Below the pieces are notes generated by a model that was given only the letters and a program-made list of their open reading frames with translations, searched no databases and was not told the origin of the DNA. This document shows positions 46,490-56,687 of a stretch of DNA of 64,000 bases, piece after piece. The stretch covers positions 1 through 64,000 of IMG/VR virus record IMGVR_UViG_3300020440_000010. One strand, given 5' to 3'. This stretch comes from a virus. Its lineage: Duplodnaviria; Caudoviricetes. A program made the position numbers and the translations under genes. Each line of letters begins with the position of its first letter. Position 1 is the first letter of the stretch.

Positions 46490-46792
46490 GTAATTGTTGA
46501 CAGCATCGTATGTCACAAGAGCAGGACCCCGGGGCGGTACCGGGCAGGTCCACCATAAACACATTGTTTTTTATGGTTAGTAGTGTGTTTATGATGGGCC
46601 TGAAATAGGATCGACTGGCTTGTTAAGGGTGAAAGAGATTACCGGTAAGGTACGACCGAGCATTATATGGGGAGACTCATGCTACTGTCCAAAAACCATA
46701 AATGCAAACGATAATTTTGCATCTGAAGAGTTACGTCTAGCGGCGTAGTTCTACGGGGTTGGCAACTTACCTGGCAACAGAAAAGTTGCACT
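46490..46792 (+). ncRNA. ssrA: Circularly permuted two-piece tmRNA, alphaproteobacterial type; tag ANDNFASEELRLAA
   Basis: T-arm CCCGG-GGCGGTA-CCGGG and 3' CAGGTCC-A-CCA (ends 46555) precede the 5' end GGGCCTG (46596), giving a 7-bp acceptor stem with G3.U70; hairpin intervening segment; tag frame 46704-46748. Outer ends are approximate. Confidence 0.93.
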
Positions 46793-46886
46793 TCTAAATA
46801 CAATATTACAACAAAGCACATAGTAACGGTACAACAGGGCAATTACGCCTAAATAACAAAGAAGCAGACCGTATAGTATTATCTCA

Positions 46887-46920
46887 AAGAGCAGTTGACC
46901 TAGTCCTGCTCTTTTTCTTT
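46887..46920 (+). terminator. Intrinsic terminator AAAGAGCAG..CTGCTCTTT plus T-run
   Basis: 9-bp stem and U tract downstream of ssrA. Confidence 0.7.
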
Positions 46921-46960
46921 TATTTGCAGTTTCAATAAATACACATAGGAGAACCAGTTC

Positions 46961-49393
46961 ATGTCAGTAAAAGTAATTGATGGATTTAGATTAATTGTAG
47001 CCAAAAAAGGACAAACCAATATTGGCACAATTGAAGCAGATGCAGATAACGATACACTTACCTTAGAAGCAGGTAGTGGTATTAGTTTTACAGTAGATGC
47101 AAATGATGATAAAATCACAATAATAAACACAGTAGAATCAGAAGTCCTAGCGGCGGCAAGAGCCCCTATCTATATTAGAGCAGATGATTCAACAATTAGA
47201 GAAGTGCGTGGCAGTGAGAGTTTTGGTATTGTTGGAACTGGTGCAGTAACTACATCAAGCAACGCAGAAGGTGATATTACAGTCAATGCAAGTACTGACC
47301 TTAGCACATATGACAATACTAGTTCTGGATTTATCACAGGAAATAATTTAGGTGACCGTGCAGATGTTACAATTACTAGTATAAGCGACAATGATTTATT
47401 ACAATATGATACTACAAGTGGAAAATGGCAAAATCAATCTATTACTAATGCCGGATTTGCAACAGTATCTACAACAGGTTCTTACAACGATTTAACAAAC
47501 AGACCAAATATTACTTTTTCAGGTGACGCTTCAGGAAATACAGGCGGTACACTTGGTGGTGGTGCAAGTACAGTTACTCTAGTTTTAGATAGTGTTGCTA
47601 CTCCAGGAACATACAACGGAATTACTATTGATGCAAAAGGTCGTGTAACAAATATTAATGTTGCTGACTTTGAACAGGACACACTACAAACTGTAACTGA
47701 TAGAGGCACAACAACAAATAATAATATAACAGTGGCAGGTTTAACAATAGGCAATATTGTTATGCCTACGACATTAGGTGCTGACGGAACAGTACTGAAA
47801 GTAAACAATGGTGTATTACAATTTGGAACAGACACTAATAGTTCATTTAACATTGTTGCAGATGATTCAACTGTTAGAAAAATTACACTAGGTGAAACAA
47901 TTGGCGTACTTGGCACAGGTCCTATAACAACTTCAAGTGATGCAGAAGGCAATATTACAATTAACAGTAATCCAACAATTGATCAAGTTTTAGGAAATGG
48001 ATCTATCACTACAAAAAGTATTCAAGTAGGACAAGTAATAGTTGGTTCAGAATATTCTTTACCTACAACTAAAGGAACAAACGGAACAGTTCTAGGGATG
48101 AACAATGGACAACTGCAATTTATTGCAGGTGGTTCCGGACAGGCTTTGCGAGTAAGAGCAGATGACAGTGCAGAACAAACTATCAATTCTGGAGAAGCAC
48201 TTGCATTTTTAGGTGCTGGTAATGTAACAACATCTAGTAACGCAGAAGGAGAAATAACAATTACAAGTTCTCCTACACTGACAGATGTTTTAGCAAATGG
48301 AGCCAGTACTACGACAGCAGTAGACTTTCAAGGTAATGTAACAATAGGAAGTGACACCACAGATATTATTACAGTTAACGGTGCGTTAGCAGGTAGATTT
48401 CCTTTATCATTTGAAGGACTTACTGACAACAGTATCTTTACAAGATTTGAAATTACAGATCCAACAGGAGGTCAAAACACTGTAACTTTTCCAGACGCAA
48501 GTGGTACAGTAGCATTTGTTGGAGCAGACATCAGCACATTCAATAACGATTCTAACTTTGTTTCAACCAGTGGCAATGTAGCAACTGCAACTGCATTACA
48601 GACTGCAAGAAACTTTGAAATCACAGGTGTTGTAACCGCCGGTGCACAATCATTTGATGGTTCAGGTAATTTAACATTAACAACACAATTTGCAAATCAA
48701 AATATCAGCCAATTTAACAATGACGCAGGATTTGTAACATCTGGTTTGACTACTGACACACCTATTAGCACATTACCAAATGATGCAGGTTATATGAGCA
48801 AATGGTTTATTGGTGCTGATGACAGTTCCATGAAACAAGTAAATGGCGATGAAGCAATTAAAATTATGGGCAGTGGTGCGGTAAGCACAGCAAGTGATGC
48901 CGAAGGTAACATAACTGTAACTGCTTCAAACAATTTAAGTTCATACAACAACGATGCAGGATTTAACACAGAAAATGATACTATTACACTTACTGGAGAT
49001 TTAAGTGGTAGTGGTAAAACAACTATCAATGCAACACTGTCCACAAACTTATCAAGTGTAGCACCAGGCACCTACAACTATGTCACAGTAGATACCAAAG
49101 GTATTGTTCAGAGTGCAAGTTTAAAATCTTACATTGAAGCAGGTACGTTACTAGAACAAGATCTTAAAGGCAGTGTATTTGCAGATGATTCTAGTGTAGT
49201 AATTGATGGTGTGTCGGGTAATATTGTTGGTACAGTTACAGGAACTACCACAGGTACTATTGCACCTGGAACAACTGCACCTAGTGCCGATACTGATGCA
49301 GGTACAACTGGTGAAATAAGAGTAGATGACAACTATATCTATGTGAAAACATCTACCGTTTGGAAAAGAATTACGTTGCAAGGATTTGTATAG
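46961..49393 (+). CDS. Tail-fibre-like protein with four ADDS..AEG.IT repeats
   Basis: G/T/S/N/D-rich; repeated modules; GTY..IT(I/V)D.KG(R/I)V twice; C-terminal GEIRVDDNYIYV.T...WKRI.L motif. Confidence 0.8.
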   Translation: MSVKVIDGFRLIVAKKGQTNIGTIEADADNDTLTLEAGSGISFTVDANDDKITIINTVESEVLAAARAPIYIRADDSTIREVRGSESFGIVGTGAVTTSSNAEGDITVNASTDLSTYDNTSSGFITGNNLGDRADVTITSISDNDLLQYDTTSGKWQNQSITNAGFATVSTTGSYNDLTNRPNITFSGDASGNTGGTLGGGASTVTLVLDSVATPGTYNGITIDAKGRVTNINVADFEQDTLQTVTDRGTTTNNNITVAGLTIGNIVMPTTLGADGTVLKVNNGVLQFGTDTNSSFNIVADDSTVRKITLGETIGVLGTGPITTSSDAEGNITINSNPTIDQVLGNGSITTKSIQVGQVIVGSEYSLPTTKGTNGTVLGMNNGQLQFIAGGSGQALRVRADDSAEQTINSGEALAFLGAGNVTTSSNAEGEITITSSPTLTDVLANGASTTTAVDFQGNVTIGSDTTDIITVNGALAGRFPLSFEGLTDNSIFTRFEITDPTGGQNTVTFPDASGTVAFVGADISTFNNDSNFVSTSGNVATATALQTARNFEITGVVTAGAQSFDGSGNLTLTTQFANQNISQFNNDAGFVTSGLTTDTPISTLPNDAGYMSKWFIGADDSSMKQVNGDEAIKIMGSGAVSTASDAEGNITVTASNNLSSYNNDAGFNTENDTITLTGDLSGSGKTTINATLSTNLSSVAPGTYNYVTVDTKGIVQSASLKSYIEAGTLLEQDLKGSVFADDSSVVIDGVSGNIVGTVTGTTTGTIAPGTTAPSADTDAGTTGEIRVDDNYIYVKTSTVWKRITLQGFV

Positions 49394-49396
49394 TAG

Positions 49397-49822
49397 ATGG
49401 AAACACACGTTTATAGAGCAAAAGTATTAAGAATAGTTGATGGTGATACCATTGACGTTGATTTGGATTTAGGTTTTACGGTTTGGATGCGTAAACAAAG
49501 AATACGTTTAGCAGGAATCGATACACCTGAATCTAGAACAAGAAACAAGGAGGAAAAGAAAAGAGGCTTATTATCAAAGGCAAAGTTAAAGGAGTTATGT
49601 CCTACAGGCAGTACAATTAAAGTAAAAACAGAACTAGATAAAGAAAGAGGCAAGTTTGGCAGAATATTAGGCACACTAATAAATTCAGAAGAAACAAATA
49701 TTAATCAATTTTTAATTGAAAACAATTATGCGGTTGCATATCATGGGCAATCCAAAAGCGATATTGAACAAGCACACCAAACCAATGCCATTCTTCTTAG
49801 AGAACGTGGCGAAATTGAATAA
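49397..49822 (+). CDS. Thermonuclease (SNase) family nuclease
   Basis: IVDGDTIDV, RIRLAGIDTPE, KFGRILG. Confidence 0.9.
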   Translation: METHVYRAKVLRIVDGDTIDVDLDLGFTVWMRKQRIRLAGIDTPESRTRNKEEKKRGLLSKAKLKELCPTGSTIKVKTELDKERGKFGRILGTLINSEETNINQFLIENNYAVAYHGQSKSDIEQAHQTNAILLRERGEIE

Positions 49823-49847
49823 TTGGTAAAATTGGTAAAATCTACAC

Positions 49848-49876
49848 TTGACTAAATCCTAGTTCTGTATTATTAT
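49848..49876 (+). promoter_or_regulatory. Sigma70-like promoter TTGACT-N17-TATTAT
   Basis: Near-consensus hexamers with a 17-nt spacer. Confidence 0.6.
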
Positions 49877-49928
49877 AAGGTATTACTGGTATTAATGGTA
49901 ATACTAAAGAAATATAACGGAGGCTAAA

Positions 49929-50234
49929 ATGGCAAAAAGCAAAGAGGTACTTGATAACATTAAGTCTATCTGCAAGAACACTTGGGGAGATGAAAATGTT
50001 TATGAAGGCCCATCAGGCAAATATAAATGGGAAGTAGGCAGAGATACAGGCAATGGTATCATCAATGGCGTAGTAAGAAAATTTATTGCTGAAGATAAAG
50101 AAGGCAATGAAATTTACACAGTCGCAGGTTCATTTAAAATCGATCACGATGGTAATGTTACAAGATGGACTGGACTTCCGAGAAGGTTTCAAAAAGAAGC
50201 AAGTGAATTGGCTAAATCTGTGAATGGTGACTAG
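49929..50234 (+). CDS. Hypothetical protein
   Basis: SD GGAGG. Confidence 0.75.
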   Translation: MAKSKEVLDNIKSICKNTWGDENVYEGPSGKYKWEVGRDTGNGIINGVVRKFIAEDKEGNEIYTVAGSFKIDHDGNVTRWTGLPRRFQKEASELAKSVNGD

Positions 50235-50436
50235 TATGTTATTTGACACAAGACATACAGTCCCATCAGATATTGCTAAAGATATTTGGATTGAGAAACT
50301 TAATAAAATTGATAAGGTTTTCGATTCTATTCAATCAAGCAATCACCAAAGTGGTTGGGCATTAGATTATTGGACAGGAGTAAGACGAAAACTACTAGAA
50401 CAGTTAAGGATAATAGATGCAGAAGGAAAAAATTAA
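50224..50436 (+). CDS. Hypothetical protein
   Basis: Overlapping operon ORF. Confidence 0.55.
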   Translation: MVTSMLFDTRHTVPSDIAKDIWIEKLNKIDKVFDSIQSSNHQSGWALDYWTGVRRKLLEQLRIIDAEGKN

Positions 50437-51088
50437 AAAAATTAATTGGAAAAAAGTTAAAATTACTTTTTATAAAGTGTTAGCAAGTGTTGTAATTATA
50501 ACATCTGCTTTTGGTTTTGGAACTTTCAAACCTAATCATTTTGTAGTAGAAAAGATTGAGACTAGAGTTGAAGTTAAACTTATTAAACAAGCAATAGATC
50601 TAGGATTACATACTCCTAATTTTGTGTACAGTGACGATGAAACTTTTATTGCCGCAGTCAATAAGTGTGTGGCATATCTAAACTATACCACAGATCCTGC
50701 ACAACGTATTCCAACTGCAATTATTATTGCCATGGCAGGTATTGAATCTGCTTGGGGGAATAGTAGATTCGCAACAGAAGGTAATGCACTTTTTGGAGTA
50801 AGAACTTGGAGTTTGGATAAAGTTCCTCATATGAAAGCAAAAGGTAATCCAAATGCAAGTTGGGGTGTAAAGAAATATGAAAATAAGTGCGATAGTATTA
50901 AAGATATGATTGCTATTATCAACAGACATCCAGCATATAAAGAATTTAGAATAGAACGTGATAGACAAAGACTTGACAATAACAAAATATGGAATTATAA
51001 TAAACTTATGCCTTTATTAAGTGCATGGAGCACTAACGAAAAATATGCAAATATAATCTTAAGAACTATTAAGGAGAGAAATCTATAA
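50417..51088 (+). CDS. Membrane-anchored glucosaminidase (Bax/FlgJ-like, GH73) peptidoglycan hydrolase
   Basis: N-terminal TM; IIAMAGIESAWG.SRFA.EGNALFG.R, HPAY.EFR, WST...Y. Confidence 0.8.
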   Translation: MQKEKIKKINWKKVKITFYKVLASVVIITSAFGFGTFKPNHFVVEKIETRVEVKLIKQAIDLGLHTPNFVYSDDETFIAAVNKCVAYLNYTTDPAQRIPTAIIIAMAGIESAWGNSRFATEGNALFGVRTWSLDKVPHMKAKGNPNASWGVKKYENKCDSIKDMIAIINRHPAYKEFRIERDRQRLDNNKIWNYNKLMPLLSAWSTNEKYANIILRTIKERNL

Positions 51089-51552
51089 TGACAATGCATC
51101 TAGCACGTGGGTTGACAACACTTAATCTATCCAAAAAGAAAAAGAAAGTTAAAGTGACCAAAGGTAAAATTGAACGTTGGACAGAACAGTGTCGCAAACA
51201 TAACAAAGAGATGAAACGTCTCGGACTACCCGATCATATGATGACAGTAGATGATTATATAGATTATATACACGGCAGACACAAATCCAAAACACAACCA
51301 AGGGCAGTGCAAACACCTTGGCACCAAACAGGTAATGAATTTAAAAGAACAACTGAACACATTCCAAGTGGAGTCAGTAAACACAGTTTTCAACCTGCTC
51401 TTAAAAAAGAGCCACTGCAATACACAGGTGAACGTAAATTGGTAGGAATCGCTACAATGCACAAATCCAATATGGTTCCAATCTTTGCAGATGATGACGA
51501 TAAGACAGGTAGAAATGCGGCAACAGAGATTGCCAAAATGAGAAGGAATTGA
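51088..51552 (+). CDS. Conserved phage hypothetical protein
   Basis: C-terminal YTG..LVGIATMHKSN.VPIF motif typical of T4-like phages (from memory). Confidence 0.7.
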   Translation: MTMHLARGLTTLNLSKKKKKVKVTKGKIERWTEQCRKHNKEMKRLGLPDHMMTVDDYIDYIHGRHKSKTQPRAVQTPWHQTGNEFKRTTEHIPSGVSKHSFQPALKKEPLQYTGERKLVGIATMHKSNMVPIFADDDDKTGRNAATEIAKMRRN

Positions 51553-51618
51553 TATCTTTATGGTTGACAAAACCGGTAATGATGTTAATATAACAATATA
51601 GGCTTAAAAAGGAGGCTA

Positions 51619-52110
51619 ATGATGAAAGGCGTAAAAAATGCATTGATGGTAAGTGTACTTGCAGTCACACTAGGTGCTTGTAGTACAATGACTACCGTTG
51701 CAGAAAGAGACACTTATGCTGAACCTAATTGGTATGCAAAGTGTAAACAAATTGGAAACGAAGGTGGTTTTCTTTTCTGGTTTGGTACTGATTATGTTTA
51801 TGCTTGTGGTAAAGGTGTAAGCACATTTGACCAAGCGGCTGTGGCTCAAGCAAAGACTTTCGCACTTAAAGGTGTTGCAGAAAGAATCCACAGTAACATA
51901 AAAGCATCTACAAAAGTAGACATCAAAGACGAAACTAAAGTAAGTAGAACTACTGTAGAACATATTGTAAACAAAACAGTTGTAAGACAGCAGTTAGAAG
52001 ATGAAAAGTACACATACAAGTATGGCGGAAAGTTTCATACTTTTATGAGACTTAAGATCGAAAAAGAAGTCTTTGAAACTTTGATCAACGAAGCAAAAGC
52101 GGTACAGTAA
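51619..52110 (+). CDS. Lipoprotein (LPP20-like)
   Basis: Lipobox TLGA-C; SD GGAGG. Confidence 0.75.
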   Translation: MMKGVKNALMVSVLAVTLGACSTMTTVAERDTYAEPNWYAKCKQIGNEGGFLFWFGTDYVYACGKGVSTFDQAAVAQAKTFALKGVAERIHSNIKASTKVDIKDETKVSRTTVEHIVNKTVVRQQLEDEKYTYKYGGKFHTFMRLKIEKEVFETLINEAKAVQ

Positions 52111-52111
52111 C

Positions 52112-52471
52112 ATGAGAGTTCTTTTGTTACTGTCCGTAATCGTTGGTTTGAATGCTTGTTCTAGTGTAAAGCAACCTGACTTAGACATTATGTCTAGCAA
52201 GAAACAATATTGTCACACAGAGCAGGTTGTAGTACACGATAAAGAAAAAGGTAAATCAGACGAAGTAGCAAGTAGAACTGTATTGACTTGTAGTGATCAA
52301 ACTGATCCTATGGAAAATAAGTTAGTCAAAATGGGTGTTGCTGATAGGTGTGGTTATTTTCATGATACAATTAACATAGGAGGACAAAGTGTTTGGTATA
52401 AACAAATGGCGTGTTTCGTCGGTGACCAAGCAACAGGCCGTTGGGTTCTTATTGAAAACCCTACTTGGTAG
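52112..52471 (+). CDS. Cys-rich lipoprotein
   Basis: Lipobox GLNA-C; 4 further Cys. Confidence 0.7.
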   Translation: MRVLLLLSVIVGLNACSSVKQPDLDIMSSKKQYCHTEQVVVHDKEKGKSDEVASRTVLTCSDQTDPMENKLVKMGVADRCGYFHDTINIGGQSVWYKQMACFVGDQATGRWVLIENPTW

Positions 52472-52871
52472 TTGTTTTATATTTCTTATAGGTTGCAGTA
52501 GCAATCCAAGTCCTGTCAATAAAAATATTATCGTGCATAGCAATCACAAACATATTGACAGCACATATATGATGGCGTGGAAAATATTCGAAGACATGAA
52601 ATGGAATCTGCCTTATAATTCAACTAGGTTGCATAACCAAAGTGTTGTGATGGCAGTAAAACGTGCTCAGAACGGTCAAATGGTAGAATGGTTTGACGAA
52701 AAGAACGGGGCAATGGGTTATACAAAAATTTTAATTACACATCCAATAAGTGGTGGATATTGCAGACAAGCAGAAACTAAAGTTCAGTTTAACGGAAACA
52801 AACGAACTTGGATTTACAAGGCTTGTACTATTGACGAAGGAGCATCGTTCAATATTGAAATCACTGGATAA
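52452..52871 (+). CDS. Lipoprotein, 17-kDa surface-antigen-like C-terminus
   Basis: A TTG start gives LKTLLGSCFIFLIG-C; A.NGQ..EW..GG.CRQ pattern. Confidence 0.6.
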   Translation: MKTLLGSCFIFLIGCSSNPSPVNKNIIVHSNHKHIDSTYMMAWKIFEDMKWNLPYNSTRLHNQSVVMAVKRAQNGQMVEWFDEKNGAMGYTKILITHPISGGYCRQAETKVQFNGNKRTWIYKACTIDEGASFNIEITG

Positions 52872-52939
52872 AATTTTAATTGACTTTTACTCATAAACCG
52901 TATATATTTTAATCAAACAAATAGAGGTTAAATATACAT

Positions 52940-54823
52940 ATGATTTTAGGAATTATTACTTTATTATCCGCACTAACAATATCAGCGGTTGCGATATATT
53001 ACAGTGTGGCAGGATTGGCGGCAATTTTTGCGGCCGCAGTGGTTCCCATTATAATAATGGGTGTCGCACTAGAAGTAGGTAAATTAGTTACCGCAGTATG
53101 GCTTCACAAACATTGGAGTCGTGCAGTATGGTGGTTAAAAACCTATCTAAGTATTGCAGTAGTAGTACTAATGTTTATTACGTCAATGGGTATATTTGGT
53201 TACCTATCTAAAGCACATATTGAACAAACAAGTTTATCACAAGAACAAGTAGCATTAATTGGTACCCTTGAAGACAAGGAAAGTAGATCAACGTTCAAAA
53301 TAGATCGTTGGACAGAAGAAATGAGCAAACTCATGAAAGGTGAGGATGTTCGGGTAGATAATTTAATTGCTAATGAGCAAGAAGAACTTGATAAAATTAA
53401 TGCTCTTATCAAACAAGAAAAAGACGATGTAAGAGTTGATTTTGACAAGCAAATACAACTACAAAACGATAGATTAAAACAAGCCGCAGAACGTAAAGAA
53501 GCAGACATTAATGCCGCGGCTGAGAGATTTAAAAATAGTTTAGGCGGTGGAGCAAAATACGACAAAGCAGTTGAAGTTGCAAAAGCAAACGAATTATCTG
53601 TTGCTTCGGCGGCACAAAAAGAAATACAACGTATTAATGGTTTGCTAAACGATGCACTTGCTAAAGTTGAAGAAAAGTATGCAGATCAAATTAAAAATAT
53701 ACAAACTAGAATTACAGATCTACGTAATCAAGCAAACAATAAAACAGTTGATATAGAATCTAGAGTTAAAGAACTTGAAGGGTTTATTGATAGTGAACAA
53801 CTTATTATTGATCAAGTCAGAGAACAAAAGTTTGAATACGAAAAAGAATACCGTAAATTAGAAGCAGAAGTAGGCCCAATCAAATACATAGCAGAATTTA
53901 TTTACGGAGATCAAGCAGATCAAAACTTATTAGAGGCCGCAGTGCGATGGGTAATAATTGTTATTATCTTTGTGTTTGACCCACTTGCGGTGCTACTGCT
54001 TATTGCTTCGCAGTATACTTTCCAATGGGCAAGAGGCAAAGAAGGCGGTAGTTTGCCGGGAAAGCCAGATCCTGATCCAGAAGATCCTAACGACCCGGAC
54101 GAACCTCCATACACAGAAGAAGAGTGGAACGAAGCACACAGACATAATCAAGAATTTGATGGAGCAAAAAAAATTGCTACAAACGTTCCACCAACAATAT
54201 CCGAATATGAAAGAAGCATTAATGTTGAAGACGAAGAGCAAAAATTTGAAAAGTCACAACATAGTAGTCAATTGCTAATGTTCAATGATATAGATCCTTT
54301 ACCAATGAAGGATAGAGAATTTTTTGGTGAAGATGAAGAAGTTGCACTACCTCATCCAGATCAGCAATCACTAGACTTTGATGAGAAACGTGAAGATGAA
54401 ACTGAAGAAGAATATCTTAAACGTGTATGGAAAAAAGAACATCCACAATCTACAATTGAACATCAAAAAAGATTACTTCAAGAAGGTAACATAGAAAGTT
54501 TACCTTGGGAAAAGGTTTCTGAAACTATTGAAGATATGAAGTCTGAAGGTGAATGGCCCAAAGGTGAAGAAGAAGATGACTTGGATAAATGGAACGAATG
54601 GGTAGAGGCCGCAAACAAACAAGCAGAACAAAATCCAGAAAAAGGCAAATACACAGAAGTAATTGAACCACAAGGATTCGTTCAGAACGAAGAACAACAT
54701 CAAGGCGAATGGAATAAAATACAAAAAGCAAGGCGGTTAAAAGAATTGGAAATTACAGAAAAAGAATATAGACAAAGAGCCGGGGAGAAACAAAAAGAGG
54801 AAAAAAGTGTCGCAAAAAATTAA
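52940..54823 (+). CDS. Membrane-anchored coiled-coil protein with an acidic tail
   Basis: Three N-terminal TM helices, long heptads, another TM (IIVIIFVFDPLAVLLLIA), D/E-rich C-terminus. Confidence 0.75.
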   Translation: MILGIITLLSALTISAVAIYYSVAGLAAIFAAAVVPIIIMGVALEVGKLVTAVWLHKHWSRAVWWLKTYLSIAVVVLMFITSMGIFGYLSKAHIEQTSLSQEQVALIGTLEDKESRSTFKIDRWTEEMSKLMKGEDVRVDNLIANEQEELDKINALIKQEKDDVRVDFDKQIQLQNDRLKQAAERKEADINAAAERFKNSLGGGAKYDKAVEVAKANELSVASAAQKEIQRINGLLNDALAKVEEKYADQIKNIQTRITDLRNQANNKTVDIESRVKELEGFIDSEQLIIDQVREQKFEYEKEYRKLEAEVGPIKYIAEFIYGDQADQNLLEAAVRWVIIVIIFVFDPLAVLLLIASQYTFQWARGKEGGSLPGKPDPDPEDPNDPDEPPYTEEEWNEAHRHNQEFDGAKKIATNVPPTISEYERSINVEDEEQKFEKSQHSSQLLMFNDIDPLPMKDREFFGEDEEVALPHPDQQSLDFDEKREDETEEEYLKRVWKKEHPQSTIEHQKRLLQEGNIESLPWEKVSETIEDMKSEGEWPKGEEEDDLDKWNEWVEAANKQAEQNPEKGKYTEVIEPQGFVQNEEQHQGEWNKIQKARRLKELEITEKEYRQRAGEKQKEEKSVAKN

Positions 54824-55199
54824 TTTAATTTCACCACCGGACAAACTACACAATAACAATTTTACCTTTAATCTTGTTAACACCACTCCAAAAGAACAAG
54901 AAGAAGTATCTATGTTTCTAGCAAAGAATGGTCGTAGTGAGGAAATAAATGTTTACGTCTATAACAACGAAGCAAATCCTACATGGTTGCTAGATATTGT
55001 AGATGGCAAAAATAATACGTATATTAATCTTGACAACACCGGTGATATTAGTGTAAAATATACTAGTTATATGTTAAGTAAAGGAAATGTTTATTACTCT
55101 ACAAGCGATAAGAATAGCGAAGAAATTTACGGAATAATAAACAAAAATCTTGTAACAGACGTGGCAACATTTTTAGGTAAGATATATGCAGAAAGATAA
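54807..55199 (+). CDS. Hypothetical protein
   Basis: Overlapping operon ORF (non-ATG start). Confidence 0.65.
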   Translation: MSQKINLISPPDKLHNNNFTFNLVNTTPKEQEEVSMFLAKNGRSEEINVYVYNNEANPTWLLDIVDGKNNTYINLDNTGDISVKYTSYMLSKGNVYYSTSDKNSEEIYGIINKNLVTDVATFLGKIYAER

Positions 55200-56433
55200 A
55201 AAGAATTGGACTTGCGACTTTTGTGGTAAGAAAAGAGACGAAGTACATAAATTAATTGTTGGGTCAGATGCTTCTATTTGTAATGAGTGTGTAAGTCTTT
55301 GCACAAACATTTTAAGTGAAGAAAAACTAGCAAAAATTAAAAAAGAAAAAGGATTTGATCTTAAGAGACTTAATCCTGAGATAATCAAAAAAACATTAGA
55401 CGAACACGTAATTGGTCAAGAACAAGCAAAGATCAGTTTAAGTGTTGCAGTAAGTCAACATTATAAAAAACTTTATAATCCTAGTAAAGATTTAAAATTA
55501 GATAAAACAAATGTTATGTTAATGGGTCCTACTGGTTCTGGTAAAACATTACTTGCCCAAACTATTGCAGACTATCTAAATGTTCCGTTTGCAATTTGTG
55601 ATGCAACTACATTGACTGAAGCAGGTTATGTTGGTGATGATGTTGAAAGTATTATTACAAGACTGATGAATGAAGCAGAAGGTGATGTAGAACAAGCAGA
55701 ACGTGGTATTGTTTTTATAGACGAAGTAGATAAAATTACTAAGAAAGCACAGAATGTTTCAATTACTAGAGATGTAAGCGGTGAAGGTGTACAACAAGGA
55801 TTACTAAAAATTGTTGAAGGTACTAAAGTTCGTATTGCCGCAAGTGGTATGAAAAGAAAGAATCCACAAGCAGAAATGGTTGAAATAGATACATCAAATA
55901 TATTGTTTATAGTTGGTGGTGCATTTATTGGATTAGAAAAAATTGTAGAAGATAGACTTAATAAAGGTGGAATGGGTTTTGGTGTTGATATTAAAGATGC
56001 TGAAAAGGAACAAGACCTAAGTGAAGTACAACCAGAGGACTTAATTAAGTTTGGTTTCATTCCTGAATTTATTGGTCGTTTTGGCTTAATTAGTCACGTT
56101 AAGGAGTTGACAGAAAGTCAATTAGTTAGTATAATGAAAGAACCAAAGAACGCAATAGTTAAACAATATCAATATTTGTTTAAACTTGATGGTGTTGATT
56201 TGGAATTGACAAACGATGCAATGAATAGTATAGCCGGAAAAGCAAAAGCATTAAAGACAAATGCTAGAGGATTAAAAAGCATTATGGAAGACATATTACT
56301 ACAATGGCAATACAAATCAACCTCGTTGGTTAAAAAAGGGTTGACAGGCATAACAATCAATAAGGATTGTGTTGAGGAACCTGATAAGGCACTATTATTA
56401 TATAAGAAGGAAGAGAATGGCAAAAAGGACTAA
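55186..56433 (+). CDS. clpX: ATP-dependent Clp protease ATP-binding subunit ClpX
   Basis: C4 zinc finger (CDFC..CNEC), [34 protein letters not shown] loop. Confidence 0.96.
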   Translation: MQKDKKNWTCDFCGKKRDEVHKLIVGSDASICNECVSLCTNILSEEKLAKIKKEKGFDLKRLNPEIIKKTLDEHVIGQEQAKISLSVAVSQHYKKLYNPSKDLKLDKTNVMLMGPTGSGKTLLAQTIADYLNVPFAICDATTLTEAGYVGDDVESIITRLMNEAEGDVEQAERGIVFIDEVDKITKKAQNVSITRDVSGEGVQQGLLKIVEGTKVRIAASGMKRKNPQAEMVEIDTSNILFIVGGAFIGLEKIVEDRLNKGGMGFGVDIKDAEKEQDLSEVQPEDLIKFGFIPEFIGRFGLISHVKELTESQLVSIMKEPKNAIVKQYQYLFKLDGVDLELTNDAMNSIAGKAKALKTNARGLKSIMEDILLQWQYKSTSLVKKGLTGITINKDCVEEPDKALLLYKKEENGKKD

Positions 56434-56686
56434 AATAAGCACAATGGCAAACGTCAGAGATGGCGAATACGGATTATCAGTAAAGGTACGTGGAGACAGT
56501 CCACAGGACTTTATGAAGGCTTTAAGAAAGTTCAAACGTAAGGTTGCTGACAGTGGATTGCTTAAAGAAATCAAGGATAAGCAATACTATCAAAAACCAT
56601 CTGATAAAAGACGTGAGAAAAAGAAGGCCGCAAGAATTAGGCAGTTAAAAGCATTGGCACAACAGAAAAAAGATCTAGGGTATTAA
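56417..56686 (+). CDS. rpsU: Ribosomal protein bS21
   Basis: [19 protein letters not shown]....Y.KPS.KRREKK.AA. Confidence 0.9.
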   Translation: MAKRTKISTMANVRDGEYGLSVKVRGDSPQDFMKALRKFKRKVADSGLLKEIKDKQYYQKPSDKRREKKKAARIRQLKALAQQKKDLGY

Positions 56687-56687
56687 A

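Noticed and set aside
46519-46555. T-arm plus CCA as a tRNA gene
   Set aside because: There is no anticodon arm; it is the acceptor piece of the permuted tmRNA. I saw no tRNA genes in the window, though tRNAscan was not run.
46900-47130. Minus-strand ORF overlapping the fibre gene start
   Set aside because: Shadow of 46961..49393, running into its promoter and terminator region.
55626-56060. Long antisense ORFs (also 47482..47952, 58196..58576, 31395..31805, 37129..37488, 53200..53565)
   Set aside because: They lie opposite well-supported genes and have the S/L/I/F-rich composition typical of antisense shadows.
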